From assembly GCF_016433145.1 (NCBI RefSeq), contig NC_058134.1, forward strand, positions 232,119,241 to 232,183,025: a stretch of 63,785 nt of DNA, given 5' to 3'. The notes beneath the pieces were generated by a model that ran no database searches, was not told the DNA's origin, and saw only the letters and a program-made list of their open reading frames with translations. A program made the position numbers and the translations under genes. Positions 37,604-51,650 of this stretch are shown here, one piece after another (position 1 is the stretch's first letter; every line of letters begins with the position of its first letter). Source of the DNA: Gracilinanus agilis. Lineage: Eukaryota.

Positions 37604-40142
37604 GTAAGGTGGAAAAAAGCATATCTTTTAGCTCTTGTGCCTATCATCAGAATCAAGTAATGCCTTCATTGTAACTCATGCATTTGGCTTCCTAGCAACT
37701 CTTCCCTGGGGGTCCTGCCTTGGACTTTATTTATTCACCACATGCCCATGTCCTGTTTCCCCCCAACCAGAATAGAATCCAGCTGCTGAAACTCTCCTTA
37801 TCAAATATGTATCTTTGTTCTCTCTTCCTCCTGAGGAAATGAAATTAAATCTCAACAAATATTTTCCTACCAAAAGAAGTAATTCGGTGAACAAACCAAA
37901 GGGTAATGAATGGAAGAGATTAAAAGCCCAGGACTGAGTGGTATAAAGTGGTTAGATGACTAAAATTTAAAAGACTAGGGCAGGAAAAGGGAGGATTGAG
38001 ACTCAAGGGAAATGGTTCTAATTCCCTCCCAAGTATATGTATTTTTCTAGAATTATAAAACAGGATATACAGTTATACCGTGGAACATATAATGAAAACT
38101 AGAGCCTATGGAGAGGGGCAGGTCATAGTGGAAGAGAGCTAGATGGAACTGCAGTCTCTGACATTACTGCTAGGTGACCAGCCCATCGATGGCCCCAGGC
38201 AACTCTTGAAAATTCCATGTTGCGTAGTAACCAATGCTGTTCTACATTGGTAGAAAACATTTTCTTGCCAGGAGTTCCCTACGTGGAAGAAATCACAGGC
38301 TCAGCTCCTCCAACGACAACAACAAAAAACACTTATTTATATGTAGATAGATATTTATATAAATATTATATTTTTTTTTCATACCTGAATGTATATTTAT
38401 AAAAAGGGAGAAAGATAGAGATGGGATGAGCGGATGCAGTACTCTTCCCCCATGATGTCCCAGGAAGAAAAGAAATGGCAGTTATAGCACTGTGTATACA
38501 AAGTGTCTAGGAAAAATCTTAATCAAATTTTAAGATATTAAAGCTTAAAACTGCATCCAGAAAGTGGGAGTGCTCCGTATCATTATGTGGTGTTATATAT
38601 AATATTTACGGTATATAATTTTTATAGTATGTGTAATTATACTATAGCATGTATAATATTTAAATTTGATCTCATAAATATTTTCCTACTAAAAGAATTA
38701 ATGCTATGAGCAAATTCATGGGTAATGGATGTGAAAAAAATAAAACAAATATTGGATGGCATAATTTTATAAAATTAAAAGATAGAGGCAGTATGTATAG
38801 TGGACAGAGGGCCAATCTAGAGTCAGAATAATCTGAGTTCAAGTTCTGCTCAAGATATAGACTAATTGTGAGAACCTCTCCAAGTGCCTCCAGCCAACTA
38901 CCTAAGGTTATGAATAAAATCCTATCCAATAGACATTCATTAAGTACCTTAATTAATCAATTAGTGTGCCAACCACTGCACTAAGTGTTGGGGGTTTTGT
39001 TGTTCAGTCATGTCAGACTGACCCCATCTGGTGTTTTCTTGGCAATGATATTGGAGTGGTTTTGCCATTTCCTTCTCCGGCTCATTTGACAGTTGAGGAA
39101 ACTGAGGTAAATAGAGTGAAGTGACCTGGGCAGGGCCATACAGCTAAGCTAGTAAGTGTTTGAAGCCAGTTTTTAACTTGGGAAGATGAGTCTTCCCAAC
39201 TCCAAGTCTGGTACTTTATCCTCTGTGGTTACCTAGCTCAGCTGCTGGGAATAGGATTAATAAAAAGAAAGGCAATCCCTGCCCTTAAGGAACCTGCAAT
39301 TTAATGGGGTGACATAACACGCAAAAGGAGGCAGGAAAAGTGGAGGAAAAGTGGGGGGCCAGGATGGGGCATCTTATTCCAAGGAGAAACCAGGCTGAAT
39401 AGCAGATGCTGAGTGGAGGAACTGAATCCAGTTTCTTCTCTCTTTAAAGGAAGACATTGGAAGAGTTTGGTATTTTTTCCTTCCAATTAATTACAGGGGA
39501 AAGGAGGCTAAGGAAGATGGTGTCAAAGATTAGAATTGATGAGATTATCCCAGAACAGGGTATCATGGTTCCTGGAAGGGAAACTAGGGAAAGAAGCAAC
39601 CCAAAGCAGTGAAGGGAGTATCGACACCCAGAATTCCCTATACTGACCCACCCCCAAAACATATATAAGGTTGTATTTGAAAAGAATAGCCTTGCCAGAA
39701 ACATATCATTGAGTCACTGCCATGACAGATAAATATAATCTCTATTTTCTTTCTATAGTCTAATTTAATTAAATTAAATAATTTAATTCTTTCTATAATC
39801 TTTCCATGTTTTGGATCTGGTTGAAGAAATCCTTATAGATTCTCTGTTCTCAAAGTCTGTAGTCATTATTCAGCATCGCTAGTAAATCACAGTGATTAGT
39901 AATTAAGTCTCCCTAAAGCAACCTTACATAGATGGTCAGAGGAATAGCCAGAAACATAAAGAGAAATGAATTTGTTGAAAAACTCCCCAGGAGAGAGTGA
40001 GACCTTTTTTGTCCTTGCTCCTAGGATCAGACTAATGTGCCTAAAGGCTTTCTTTTTCCTACTAGCCACATCTGTGATGAGAAAGTCCAGGTAGAAATTT
40101 GACCATGAAGGGATTTGAATCAACCTTTTTAAAAAAGAGGCA

Positions 40143-40330
40143 GGACAGCTAAATGGCATTGTAAATTGAGTCAGGTCTAGAGATGAGAAATCTTGGGTTC
40201 AAATGTGACCTCAGACACTTCCCAGCTATATGACCCTGGGCAAGTCACTTAACCCCCATTGCCTACCCTTGCCTCTCTTCTGTCTTAGAACCAATACTCA
40301 GTCTCAATGCTAAGACAAAAGGTAAGGGCT
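40143..40330 (+). mobile_element. Older SINE1-type element
   Basis: Same core and 3' end as the 30120 copy. Similar copies lie near 4516, 5335, 6648, 44300, 45860, 46415, 48219, 49610, 52900 and 60500. Confidence 0.8.
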
Positions 40331-43300
40331 GTTGGTTTTGTTATATTTAAATAAAAATACAAAAGAGGGAGAAGAGCTCTTAATTGTATAAGGAGATACC
40401 TATTTTTAAGATCTCCAGTAAATATACCATGCTTTATCTCAAAATTGTAAGATATGAAGGTGCTGTACTATGCACACTGCAGGAAATGTTGCACACATAA
40501 TGCTTTCTGGACATGAAAACCCTGGAGGGAGAAGGCTTGGGTGACCCTGTTCCATTTCACTCTTTTCAACCATGAATTGTTCTGTTCTTTACTAAGGGCA
40601 AGGTCAGACATTGCATTGTTATCTTCCTAGCTTTTGTTTTTAAATGAATGTAGTTAGGAGATGAAGCGGGGTTGAAACTTTTTTTTTCTTTTTGCTTCTC
40701 TTAAACCATCATTTAATTCCTACTGTAATCGTTTGGGTAGAAGCCAAAGGTATAGTCAAAGCTGGAACTAGGGGTGAGCGAGGGAGGTAGCTGCCTAGGG
40801 CACAGCCCAGTGGTAGGGGGCATGACTGAAGAGTTTTAAATATTATTTTTTATTTTAAAAAAATGAACATATTTTAAGGCCAGAAAATATCAGTCAACCT
40901 TGTTTTTGTGATGTTTAAAAGTGAGGCTTAAATCCTTTTGGGAGCAACAACTGGAAAGGGGTGGCTTGGAGTAGGGTACCTAATTTTCACACCTGCCAAG
41001 GACACTCAAATGCCCTGTCCCAATCTGAGTGCACTGATTTGTGCTTTATTCTCCCAGCCATTTATCATATGTTTTCCTCTCAGCATTTGTAGATGGCATC
41101 TGTGTTTAAATTTCTCTTTTAAGAGCATTAATTTTCAAAATTGATTTTAGTTTTAAAACTTCATACAAAAATAGGATCCATAGAAATGAATTCAAACTGA
41201 GTCTTCTAGTACCTTCTTCTTGTTGTTTACTTATGTGGTTAGGGGTGCTCATGGGCAGAGAGTGGCTATTTTCCTAATTACCTAAGGAGCATCACTTGAA
41301 CGGTGATCCAGGATCCGAAACTACAGTTATCATTGTTTTATCTGGATGCTTAATTTTTGGAATATAGTTATTTCTTCTAAGCAATAGTTTTATAAAGAAA
41401 AAAATATTTAATCTCTCTGTACTTACTGTAGTATAACATTGTCTAAAACCTCAAAACAGGTCTGGTTCTAGAAAAATCTCAATTCTAGATCCAGAATAGA
41501 TCTAGAAAGTTTTCAGCCTGCTCTTTACAGCATGACTCAAGTTCTGGAGATCATTGGTACTTTTTAAAGACCATCCTATTGTTTTACATGTTATTTATTC
41601 TGGCTTTTTTCCCCCAATTTCTTTTATATTTATTGAGTAATCTACATGTGCCTATTTTTTCTGGTAACCACCATCATATGCAGCACATTATTTTACTAAT
41701 AGAAAGGTGAGACAGAATTTATTGCTAGAGAGGCATAAGAAGAAGAGAAATAGATTGGGAGTCAAGAGAACCTATTCTGAAATCTCAGCTCTGTCATTCA
41801 TCCCCTATTTCAGCCTCAAATACAAACTGTAAAATGGATATAATAATAGCACCCACTTCACAAGATTGTTGAGAGGATCAAATGAATTAACGTACTTTGC
41901 AAACTTTTAAGCTCCATTTTTTTTTCCACTATTGAGTAGTTTCAAACATGTCCAACTTTTTATGACCCCATTTGGGGTTTTCTTGGCAAAGATCCTGGAG
42001 TGGTTTGCCCTTTCCTTCTCTACCTTACTCTACAGATAAGGAAACTGAGTCAAACAGGATTAAGTGGCTTACCCAGGCTCACACATCTCTTAAGTATCTG
42101 AGGTCAAATTTGAACTCAGACTCAGTGCTCTGTCCAGCGCACCACCTAACTGCCTAAAACTCTAAATAAATGTTAGCTGTTATTTATTAGGAAAAAGGAA
42201 GGGAATATGCAGTGACTAAGTGATTTTTCTATTCAGCACTGTGATAAATGCTTTACAAATATTATCTCTTTTGATCTCTATTATTGGGCCATCAATCAAT
42301 AATCAAATACTATTTGCTAGGCATTGTGGATACAATACAAAGAATAAAACAATCCCTAATGGAAAGGAAGTTATGATTCCCTAAGCCTCAGTTTCCACAT
42401 CCTTGAAATAAGATTAGATGAGACGACCTCTAAGATCCCTTCCAAGACTAAATCTATGAAAGAGAAAGAAATTACATCTTTCTTTTCTAATTAAATTTAG
42501 CATTTCCTTCAATTATTTAAAAACATGATTCTAAGAAAGAGTTTCTGTGTTTTACTAGAATGGCAAAGGGGCCCCAACATGAAAAAAATTAAGGACTTTT
42601 GGTTCAGAAGGACTACTTAAATGGTCTTTCTTGAGTTTCAACAAAAGGATCTCCACTCTTATAGAATTTTGCCTTATAGAATATTCTTCCCATTTTTCTT
42701 TGCCCCCTGAGCGCTTTGAGTCATTTTGTGTGGGGAACACCCAATACTCAACATGGCGGGCGTACTAAGAAGAAGGTTGAACAATTAGGAAAATGTATTA
42801 AGAGTCATGTCAGGGTGGGTCCATGTATCCATGATATGTAGAATAATATTAGTGAGCAGGGCACTGAATTTAGACAACCGAATTTAGGAGTCAGGAGATC
42901 CAAGTTAGAATCCCAGCTCCCTCATTTACTACGGGTATGACCTAGGGGCAAAACACTTCAGTTCTAGGCTTTGGTGGCTCTGATATAAAGCCAAGAGATT
43001 GAATTAAATGCTCTCCAATAGCTCTTTACACACTAAATGTCTGATCAAAAGAGGCCCCATTGGAATCAAACAGAGGAATTAAAAGACAGATGCTTTTTTT
43101 GTTGTTGTTTTAGAAAGGGATTTTGTTATGCTTTTCTGCTTTTTAAAGAAATGAACATCTCCTTTCCCCCTTCCCCCATACAGCTCTGTCTAAAACCCAT
43201 TATCTGTGTAGAACCAAGCATCATTTTGAATGGCTATTTTGTAGCTCAGCAAGCTTGCCTGTCAGAAAATAAAATATTCAATTATTTGCAGCTACATCAT

Positions 43301-44768
43301 CAGATTTTTGTGTTACCGTTTTGTCACTCAATTCACACCTTTTCCCATTCCTCTTTTTTCAGATTCTTAATATAATAATAATTTTAAAAATCCAATTTCT
43401 ACTTTAACAATCTGTCTTCCCTAGCTCCAGACTATTCCTCCCTGGAGGTAGATTTGCTGGGCTCAGCAGATAGATATGTCCACATGGTTCTTCATAAAAA
43501 CTTACATTAGCAATTAAAATTTCACTAAGTAATGAGTCATGCTGCTCCTCCCTCCCCCTCCAGAGAAAATTTGAAGCCCACTTACTTTACTGCCTAACGG
43601 AGTTCTTTAAAAAAGGTTCTTGTTTCCCTGAAGGGACTTAGTCCTCAATCCATGCAGGCTCAGCCCCCTCTCATTTTCTCAGCTTCAAGAAAACCTACCA
43701 ATCCACCCTTGGGCTTTTCCTTGTCCACAGAAAAGAAAAGAAAATGGAGTCAGGAGAAAACCACCTTGGAGAGTTTATGCCCTAAAAGCACCACATTTAA
43801 TTCTTCAGCTTCTCCTGAGCTACAGCTGGAGTGGATTTGGAATTTTAACCATCAGCTTGGTCCTTGGGTTCTGAGGGGCATAAAGGCTAGCCTGGGATTT
43901 TTGCCTTTTTTCTAGATCAAGAAAAGAGGCTTTTGGGGTCTGGCTGAATAGCAAATTGTTAATCCTCATAAGTGAAAGGAATTTTCATTTGGAGAGTATT
44001 GTCCTACCACAACTAAAGTCCTAGTCCTGAGGGATTCACTATATAAGTCAGAGTGGGGATCCTCTTGTTTAAATTCAACAAAGACCAATTAAACAGTCCA
44101 TTTGAACCAGGAGTCTTTAATTTTTTTCATGTCTTGGTTCCTTTGCCATTTCAGTAAAACAGAAATTTTTTCCCAGAATCATGTATTTAAATAATTGAAA
44201 GAAATGATAAATTTTAATTAGGAGTTAGTGAAAAGAAAGATGTAATTTCTTCCTCTTTGAGTTGATTTCCTGTGATCTTATAGCTAAAAACACCTGACTG
44301 GGGGCAGTAGTGAGGTCTAGTGTCCAAATCTGCTCTCAGACACTTCCCAGCTGCGTGATCCTGGGCAAGTCACTTAACCACCATTGCCTATCCCTTACTG
44401 CTTTTGGAACTCATACTTAGTATCTATTCTAAGCCAGAAGATAAGGATTTAAAAAAAAAAACCAACCTAATCTAGATGGCCTTTTGTCCCCACAAAATCA
44501 AAGTAATCACCTTAAATATAAGAAAAGAGATTATAATTGTAACACATTTGTGCCTCTAATTTAGGGAAAGAGTGGCATGTCATATTATATATAATTACAA
44601 TTAAAGAAACATAGAGCTGGAAGGAGCCTTAGAATGCATCTATTCCAACCTGCCCATTTTTCAGATGGGGAAACTAGAGCAAGGTCCCAAAAATAACAAG
44701 TGGTAGGATAAAAGATTTAAATGAAAGTCTTTTGATTTCAAATCTAGCCTTCTTTCCACTCTCTTGAG

Positions 44769-44961
44769 CAATGATTCCCAAAGTGGGCGCCACTGCCCCC
44801 TAGTGGGTGCTGCAGCGATCCAGGGAGCAGTGATGGCCACAGGTACATTTATCTTTCCTATTAATTGCTATTAACATTTTTTTAAATTAATTTCCGGGGG
44901 CGCTAATTAATATTTTTTTCTGGAAAGGGGGCAGTAGGCCAGAAAAGTTTGGGAACCATTG
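44769..44961. mobile_element. Non-autonomous hAT (Charlie-type) MITE, 193 bp
   Basis: TIRs caatgattcccaaa / tttgggaaccattg. 8-bp TSD ctcttgag / gtcttgag, resembling the hAT NTCTAGAN target preference. Confidence 0.85.
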
Positions 44962-47017
44962 GTCTTGAGCATGAATAGTTTAGGTTGCAGACAGGAATTG
45001 TGAATAGTGTCATTGCCTGGATGTTGACAATTTTAGATAGTAAGACTTGGAAATAGCAAAATAGCCAAATACAATACATGGTGCCTTAAAGGTTACAAGG
45101 CTTCTCCTATACACTATCACTTTAGAGCTTTTGCAGTAGACATTGCAAAGAAGTATTCTATATTATTTTCATTTTTGAAGAAAAGGAAACTGAGTCTCAA
45201 AGAAGCTAGGTAACTTGCTGGTGGCTAAATGACTCTTCATTGTCAGAGAGAGATGGGATTTGAATTCATGTTTTCCTGCCTCCATGCCAAGCAATCTATC
45301 CAAATGCTTCTTGAGAAAAGGACTTATTATCTTGTTCTTTCTGCTTGCAAACCCAGTTCCTGACACGTAATTGGTGCTCCATAAATGCTTGTTGGTTGAT
45401 TGGCTGATTAATGGATGGATGGATGGAAGCTATCATATACCATTTGTAAATGTGATTCTTCTCATCCAGACCACACTGGATAATTTTTATTAAAATTCTG
45501 GTGGATTGAAGAACATCTTTCTTCATAATTAGGAACTATCTTTGTAAGCTCTTTGAGAGTAGAGATCGTTTTATTTATTGCCTAACATTGAAGGGGTTCA
45601 TAAATGCTTATTGGCAGATTGGTCAATTTGAAAGAAATGTCCATCTTCTCTATTTTTTTTAGATTCCAGCTATCCAGATATATGGCTCAAATACTATACG
45701 AGTGAAGACAGGCATTATTAAAGGCTTTATTTCTTGCCGATTAATTGAATTGGTTATTAGCTATTGCTACAGGCTCTCCCACATTGTGACCATATGATAT
45801 CGGACAAGTCACTTTTCTGAGACTATTTCCTTATTTGTAAAAGCCAACATTTAGGAGCAGCTAGGTAGTACGGTGGATAGAGAACCAGTCCTGGAGTCAG
45901 GAGGTCTTTCCCGGGTTCAAATCTAGCCTCAAACACTTTCTAGCTATGTGATCCTAGAAGAGTCTCTTAACCCCATTTGCGGAGCCCTTGCCTTTCTGTC
46001 TTGGAATTGTTACTAAGAAAATGAGAGCTTAGGAATAAAAATATTTAAAATAAAAGCCAACATGAGGACAATATAATGATTCTCTGACTCCGTTTCCAGG
46101 TAAAAAACTAGTTACCAGTAGTGTCATTTAATGGCACCTTTGTTACTTTTATGTATATTTCCATCATCGGGGGATCATAGATTTCAAGCAAAATGGGATC
46201 TTAGAGGCTATCTAATCCTTCCTCTGATTTCTTGCTTTCCTCCTCTGACTACCACTTTGTCAACGTAAGGGTTGCTCTGGTTAAGGTCCCTGCTTATCTA
46301 TAGTGAAATCATAATTCATTGGAATATTGGAGGTTAGCAACATAAAATATATCCAGGAATCAATATTGTGATCCAGAAAAGGGGCTAGAAGGACCATCCA
46401 AAGCAGAGGGAGGAAACATCTAGGTGGCTTAGTAGATTGAGAACCAGATCTAGAGATGGGAGATCCTGGATTCAAATTTAGTCTCAGATACTTCCTGGCT
46501 TTGTGACCCTGGGCAAATCACTTAGCCCTTATCACTCTTTTGCCTTGGAACTGATAACTTAGTATTGATTCAAAGACTGGAGGTAAGGGTTTGTTTGTTT
46601 GTTTTTTAATAAAACTGAAGGAAAACAGATGCAAGCTTAGGGTCCTTAAAACAATTTCAATAGACATCCAAAATTATAGGGATTTTGAAAAAAAAAAGAC
46701 ATTGTCAAGGTAATTGTTATTTTGCAGTTTTAGTCAATTTAAGGAAGTGACAAAAAGAAGAAATCATAAGTTCAAAAGAAGGAAGTTTCTGCACTTTCCA
46801 AAGTCTCTTTCTGAACTTAAATGAAATAGGACACTAAATTGTTAATTGCTGTAAAATGTGTTGGCTTTTTCCAATAGGTGTCTGGAAGTCCACGGGCAGT
46901 AACTTGTTCTTTCATTCTTCTCCTGGGCAGTGGTACCCTCTTTGGAAAATGTTTTGCTCCCTAGGCATCACAGGTGTTTTCAGAGCTGACTTAAATAATA
47001 GAATGGGGAAAAAAACT

Positions 47018-47018
<1 letters not shown>

Positions 47019-47065
<47 letters not shown>
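47019..47065. repeat. (AAT)n microsatellite
   Basis: Perfect run. Confidence 0.95.
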
Positions 47066-47066
<1 letters not shown>

Positions 47067-47993
47067 TAGAGATTCCAGGTTTGCAAAATACATGTTATTC
47101 ATTTAACCCTTACACCACTCCAGGAGCTAGGTGCTATTATTAGCCTCATTTTATACATGAGGAAACTGAGGCAGAAAGTGGTTAGGAGACTTGCCCATGG
47201 TCACATAGCTACTTAAGATATGAAACAGATCATTTGACCTCACATCTTTCTGCTCCAAGTCCAACATTCCAATCACTAGTCCACCACCTAGCTGCCCTTT
47301 ATTAAGTATTTACTATGTGCCAGAAACTGTGCTAAGTGATGGAGATACAAATAGAAAAGCTAGACCACCCCTGCTCTCAAGGAGCTCTCGTTCTACCTGG
47401 GGCAGATAACACACAGAGGCAAGTTCAGATACAGCAACATTTTCTGAACACTTCTTTCTTTTTTTAAAGCCCTTGAGATTTTCCATCTAGAATTTCATCA
47501 CATAAGTGTTACTTTAAAAAGCCCGATTTAACCACTGACCTCAAAATCTTCTCTCATATAGTTCCAAAGATAAAACCACTGATGCTTTGGCAAACTCTAA
47601 CAACATATAACAAAACAGAAAGTTTGGAATAAGCCAACTCAGCAGACTCTTCTTTCAAGAGCCTCTGACCTGACAGCTCATCAGAGACTGTAAGCCAATG
47701 AGGTCTTTTTTAGAAATAACGGAGATGAGCACACTCTGATCCAATCTGGACCGTGCAGTATAAGCAGAGAGCGTAGGACCAAGTGCAATAAGCTAAAATG
47801 AAGTCAGGTATAGATATATTATGATAGATATATGTATATCTTATATACATATATGATATATTCATATACATGTGTTTATATACATGTATATATATTCATT
47901 TTGATATTTATTTGCATTTGTTTATATGCACAGAAATCAATTGATAGAAAGATATATGGATAAATGGATGATAGATAGAAACATGAACAAACA

Positions 47994-48180
47994 NNNNNNN
48001 NNNNNNNNNNNNNNNNNNNNNNNNNNNNNNNNNNNNNNNNNNNNNNNNNNNNNNNNNNNNNNNNNNNNNNNNNNNNNNNNNNNNNNNNNNNNNNNNNNNN
48101 NNNNNNNNNNNNNNNNNNNNNNNNNNNNNNNNNNNNNNNNNNNNNNNNNNNNNNNNNNNNNNNNNNNNNNNNNNNNNNNN
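47994..48180. other. Assembly gap (N run)
   Basis: Seen directly. Confidence 0.99.
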
Positions 48181-50359
48181 CTTTTTTTTACCTTGAGTAT
48201 GTTGGAGTAAATTGGTGAGGGCAGTTAGGTGACTCAGTGGATAAAGAGCCTGTCTCGTAGAGACAGGAAATCCTGGGTTCAAATTTGGCTTCCGACACTT
48301 CCTAGCTGTGTGATCCTGGGCAAATCACTCAACCCCAATTGCCTAGTCCTCACCCCTCTTCTGCCTTGGAGCCAATACTTAGTATTGATTCTAAGATGTA
48401 AAGTAAGGGTTGTTAAAAAAAAGAAGATGAAGTAAGTTGTGGAAAGGCTTGAATGCCAAGCTAAGAAGTATGCATTTTATCAAGGAGGCTAAAGGGAGCT
48501 GCTGAAACTTTTTTAAATCAGGGAGTCCTGTGGTTAGACCCATGAAAAATATTAATTTGACAGCAGTATGAAAGAAAGTTAAAGCTGAATTAGAATGGTT
48601 GAATTTGAGAAGAGAGGGGGAGACAAGTGTAGGAGATACTGTGAAGCTACAATCAATAGGATTCAGCAACTGATTGGACATGGGAGAATGAGGGACAGGG
48701 AAGGGACAGAGGTGATTTCTAGGTGATAAACTTGAGAAATGGGGAACGATGGCACCAACAGAAAGAGGGAAATTTAAAGGATGTTCAAGTTCAGGGAAAA
48801 AACCGATGTGTTCACTTTCAGATGCATGCACCCTAGAATGGTAGATCTAGAATGAGAAGGAACCTTAGAAGTCTTCTGGGAGGCAACTGGTTATCTGTAT
48901 GTCCATCAGGAAATATAGGAAGTGTGCTTGGGGAACAGAGTGGGGCTGGAGAGCAAGATATATAGTACCTATTGGTAGTTGGTTTTTATATAGCATTGAA
49001 AAAAAAGTAGTATGGTTTAGCAGATAGAGAACTGGAGCCAGTCAGACCTGGATTCAACTCCCAACTCTAATATACTGGCTGTATGACCCTTGAAACTAGC
49101 TGGCACAGCGGATAGAGAACTGTGCCTGGAGTCAGGAAAATTTTTCAAATACAGACTCATTTATTATTACTTATTGTTATTAATATACTTATTAGTTGTG
49201 TGACCCTGGGAAAATCACTTAACCCTGTCTGCCTCCATTTCCTCATCTGTAAAACGAGCTGGAAAAGGACATAAACCACTCGAGTATCCTTGCCAAGAAA
49301 ACCCCAAATGGAGTCATGAAGAGCTGGACACACAGCAAGCCCTTTCCAGTCTCAGTGCCCCAGGCAATGCTCTAAGACTACTTCCCAGAGAGTTCTGATC
49401 TACCTTGGTTGAAGGAGTTTCTTACCAGGAACTCCTTATGCTAATGAAATTACAGATCCAAACCCTACTTTTATATAAATGGAATCAGAGAATCATTCAA
49501 GAGAGACTTTGTACTTCAGGGAAAGCATTCAACTAGATGATCCCAACTTAGAATCAGAGAATCCTACCTCAAGAGTGGGAAGGGATCTTAGAGACCATCT
49601 CACCCAACCACTTTTTTTAAAACCCTTACTTTGTGTCTTAAAATCAGTACTCTATATTGGTTCCAAGGCAGAAGAGCAGTGAGGGCTAAGCAATGGGGGT
49701 TAATGGTCACACAGCTAGGAAGTCAGGATTGGACCCTGGGCTTCCCTTCTTCAGTCCTGGCTTGCAATCCACTGTGGCTGCCCCTACAACCAATTTATTT
49801 TACAAATAAAGAAATTGAGACTCAGGGTTAACTGAATTGCCTAAGGCCACCAGCTATCAAAGATGGGATTTGAACCTAACTTCTCCTGTCTTCTCCCCCT
49901 GGATTCCATGATTCTGTTTTATGGCATCAAGGGAATGCCCAAGCTTACAGATGGTGGGTGATGGTGTTGATAATAATAAAAATTAGAGCCGACTCTTTAG
50001 GGTACATCATAGTTTCCAATGTGTATTTATTTATTTTACCTTCACAATGATTGAGGGGAATGATGAAATATTGCAAATAATATTATAAATAGATGAGAAG
50101 ACTGAGGCTTAGTTAGAGAGAAGTCTAGTAACCCATTTAAATAATACAGCTAAGACCCAGATGATAAGTAATAGGGCCTGGACTTGGCCCAACTCTCTCA
50201 ATCACAAGTAAAGTATTCCATATAATAAAAATAAGGAGGAGGAAGAGAAAGAAAATAAGAATAGCAATAGTAAAAGCTAATATTAACACCTCAGGAGTGG
50301 CAATTCAAATAGATCCTTTCATTTAGTCCTCCTAACAAGCCACAGAGGTAGGTGCTATT

Positions 50360-50388
50360 ATGATGATGATGATGATGATGATGATGAT
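50360..50388. repeat. (GAT)n microsatellite
   Basis: Perfect run. Confidence 0.9.
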
Positions 50389-51319
50389 CTGAGGCTCTGA
50401 GGAGTTAAGAGAATTAATTACCCAGGGTCACACAAATTAGATAAATGTCAGAGATTTTAATCTAAGCTTTCTTGCTGCATCCAGCATTGTATCCATTAGG
50501 CCATGCTGCTTCTCACTATCATTCAATATCTGGGCTTTATGTGTCTGTATTTTCAATAAACAGTCATTCTTGGCTATTGGCACTTACACTCGTTGGGACA
50601 TTAAATGATAAGGCTGAAGGTCAGCTCATGGTTGAGACAAACTGTGAAGTGCTTATTAGTTGTTTTGTGGATCTTAGCTCTTAACCAATTGGCATTTTTA
50701 GGATCTATTGTGTGACATATGGTGGATACAAATATAAAAGTGAGAAAATCTCTACCTCAGGGTGCTTACATTCTATTGAGATACTATAAATTGCTGTCTT
50801 AACCACCAAACAACCCTTTAGCTTTTTTTTTTTTTAGATAATTGACAAAGAAACCCATAACCTTACTAAAATTGCTATAGCCCTAACTTTTCCCATTATT
50901 TTACATTTCTATTCTTCTAGGCATCAACAATCAGGGTGCATCTTATACCCTCCCAAAAAAATAAATCACAAAAACCTTCACAAAAACATTGTGTAAACAT
51001 GACAAATCACACTAAACATTTCTCAAGTGAATTTCCACTAGTAGTTGACCACCATTTTGTGTGTTACTGTTGGGGATCCAATAGAACATCCCCTTTCTGC
51101 CCAAGAAGAAAAGACAGGCCTTATTATTACCCCCATTTTACAGATGAGGAACCTGAGACATACAGAGTTATCCTTTAAATGAAATAGTTTGTGGACCCAT
51201 CATTAATTCATCAGTTTACTTGACTATTAACTTCCCGGGTTCAGGGATCATATTTTACCTGTTCTCTTAATCCTGGGTGATTAGCACAGTACCTGGAACC
51301 CAGTAGGTGCTTAATCAAT

Positions 51320-51650
51320 GTTTATTATCTGGCTGACCATCACTGTTCTGGTAAGACTCCCCCAGATGCATTATAAAGTAACACTGGTCTTTGTGACACC
51401 CAAACCTGGACACAAAACTCCAGATGTTATTCTGAAAATCACCAAATACCAAAAGAGTATTGGACTAAGTATTACATTATCATGTAAAACTTTAATTCCA
51501 TCTTAATCAAGTCCAAGATTACTTATGTGAGCCTTTTTGTTTGTTTTAAAGCAACTGACTCATACTGAGCCTGTGGTCATCCATTACCCCGCCCCCCAGA
51601 TCTTTTTATATGAACTGTTGTCCAGCCAGATCTACTTTATCCTATTGAGT
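51320..51650 (-). mobile_element. L3/CR1 3' ORF2 remnant
   Basis: ccagatctttttatatgaactgttgtccagcc is the reverse complement of the L3 ggctagacagcagttcat..aaaagatctgg segment. Confidence 0.55.

Noticed and set aside
37604-37660. In-frame read-through tail VRWKKAYLLALVPIIRIK as an alternative C-terminus
   Set aside because: It begins at a good donor (CAG|gtaagg), has no nearby AATAAA, and its length is expected by chance.
42753-42773. MAGVLRR resembling the NDUFA5 N-terminus (processed pseudogene)
   Set aside because: Similarity ends after about 5-7 codons, and there is no further homology, poly(A) or TSD.
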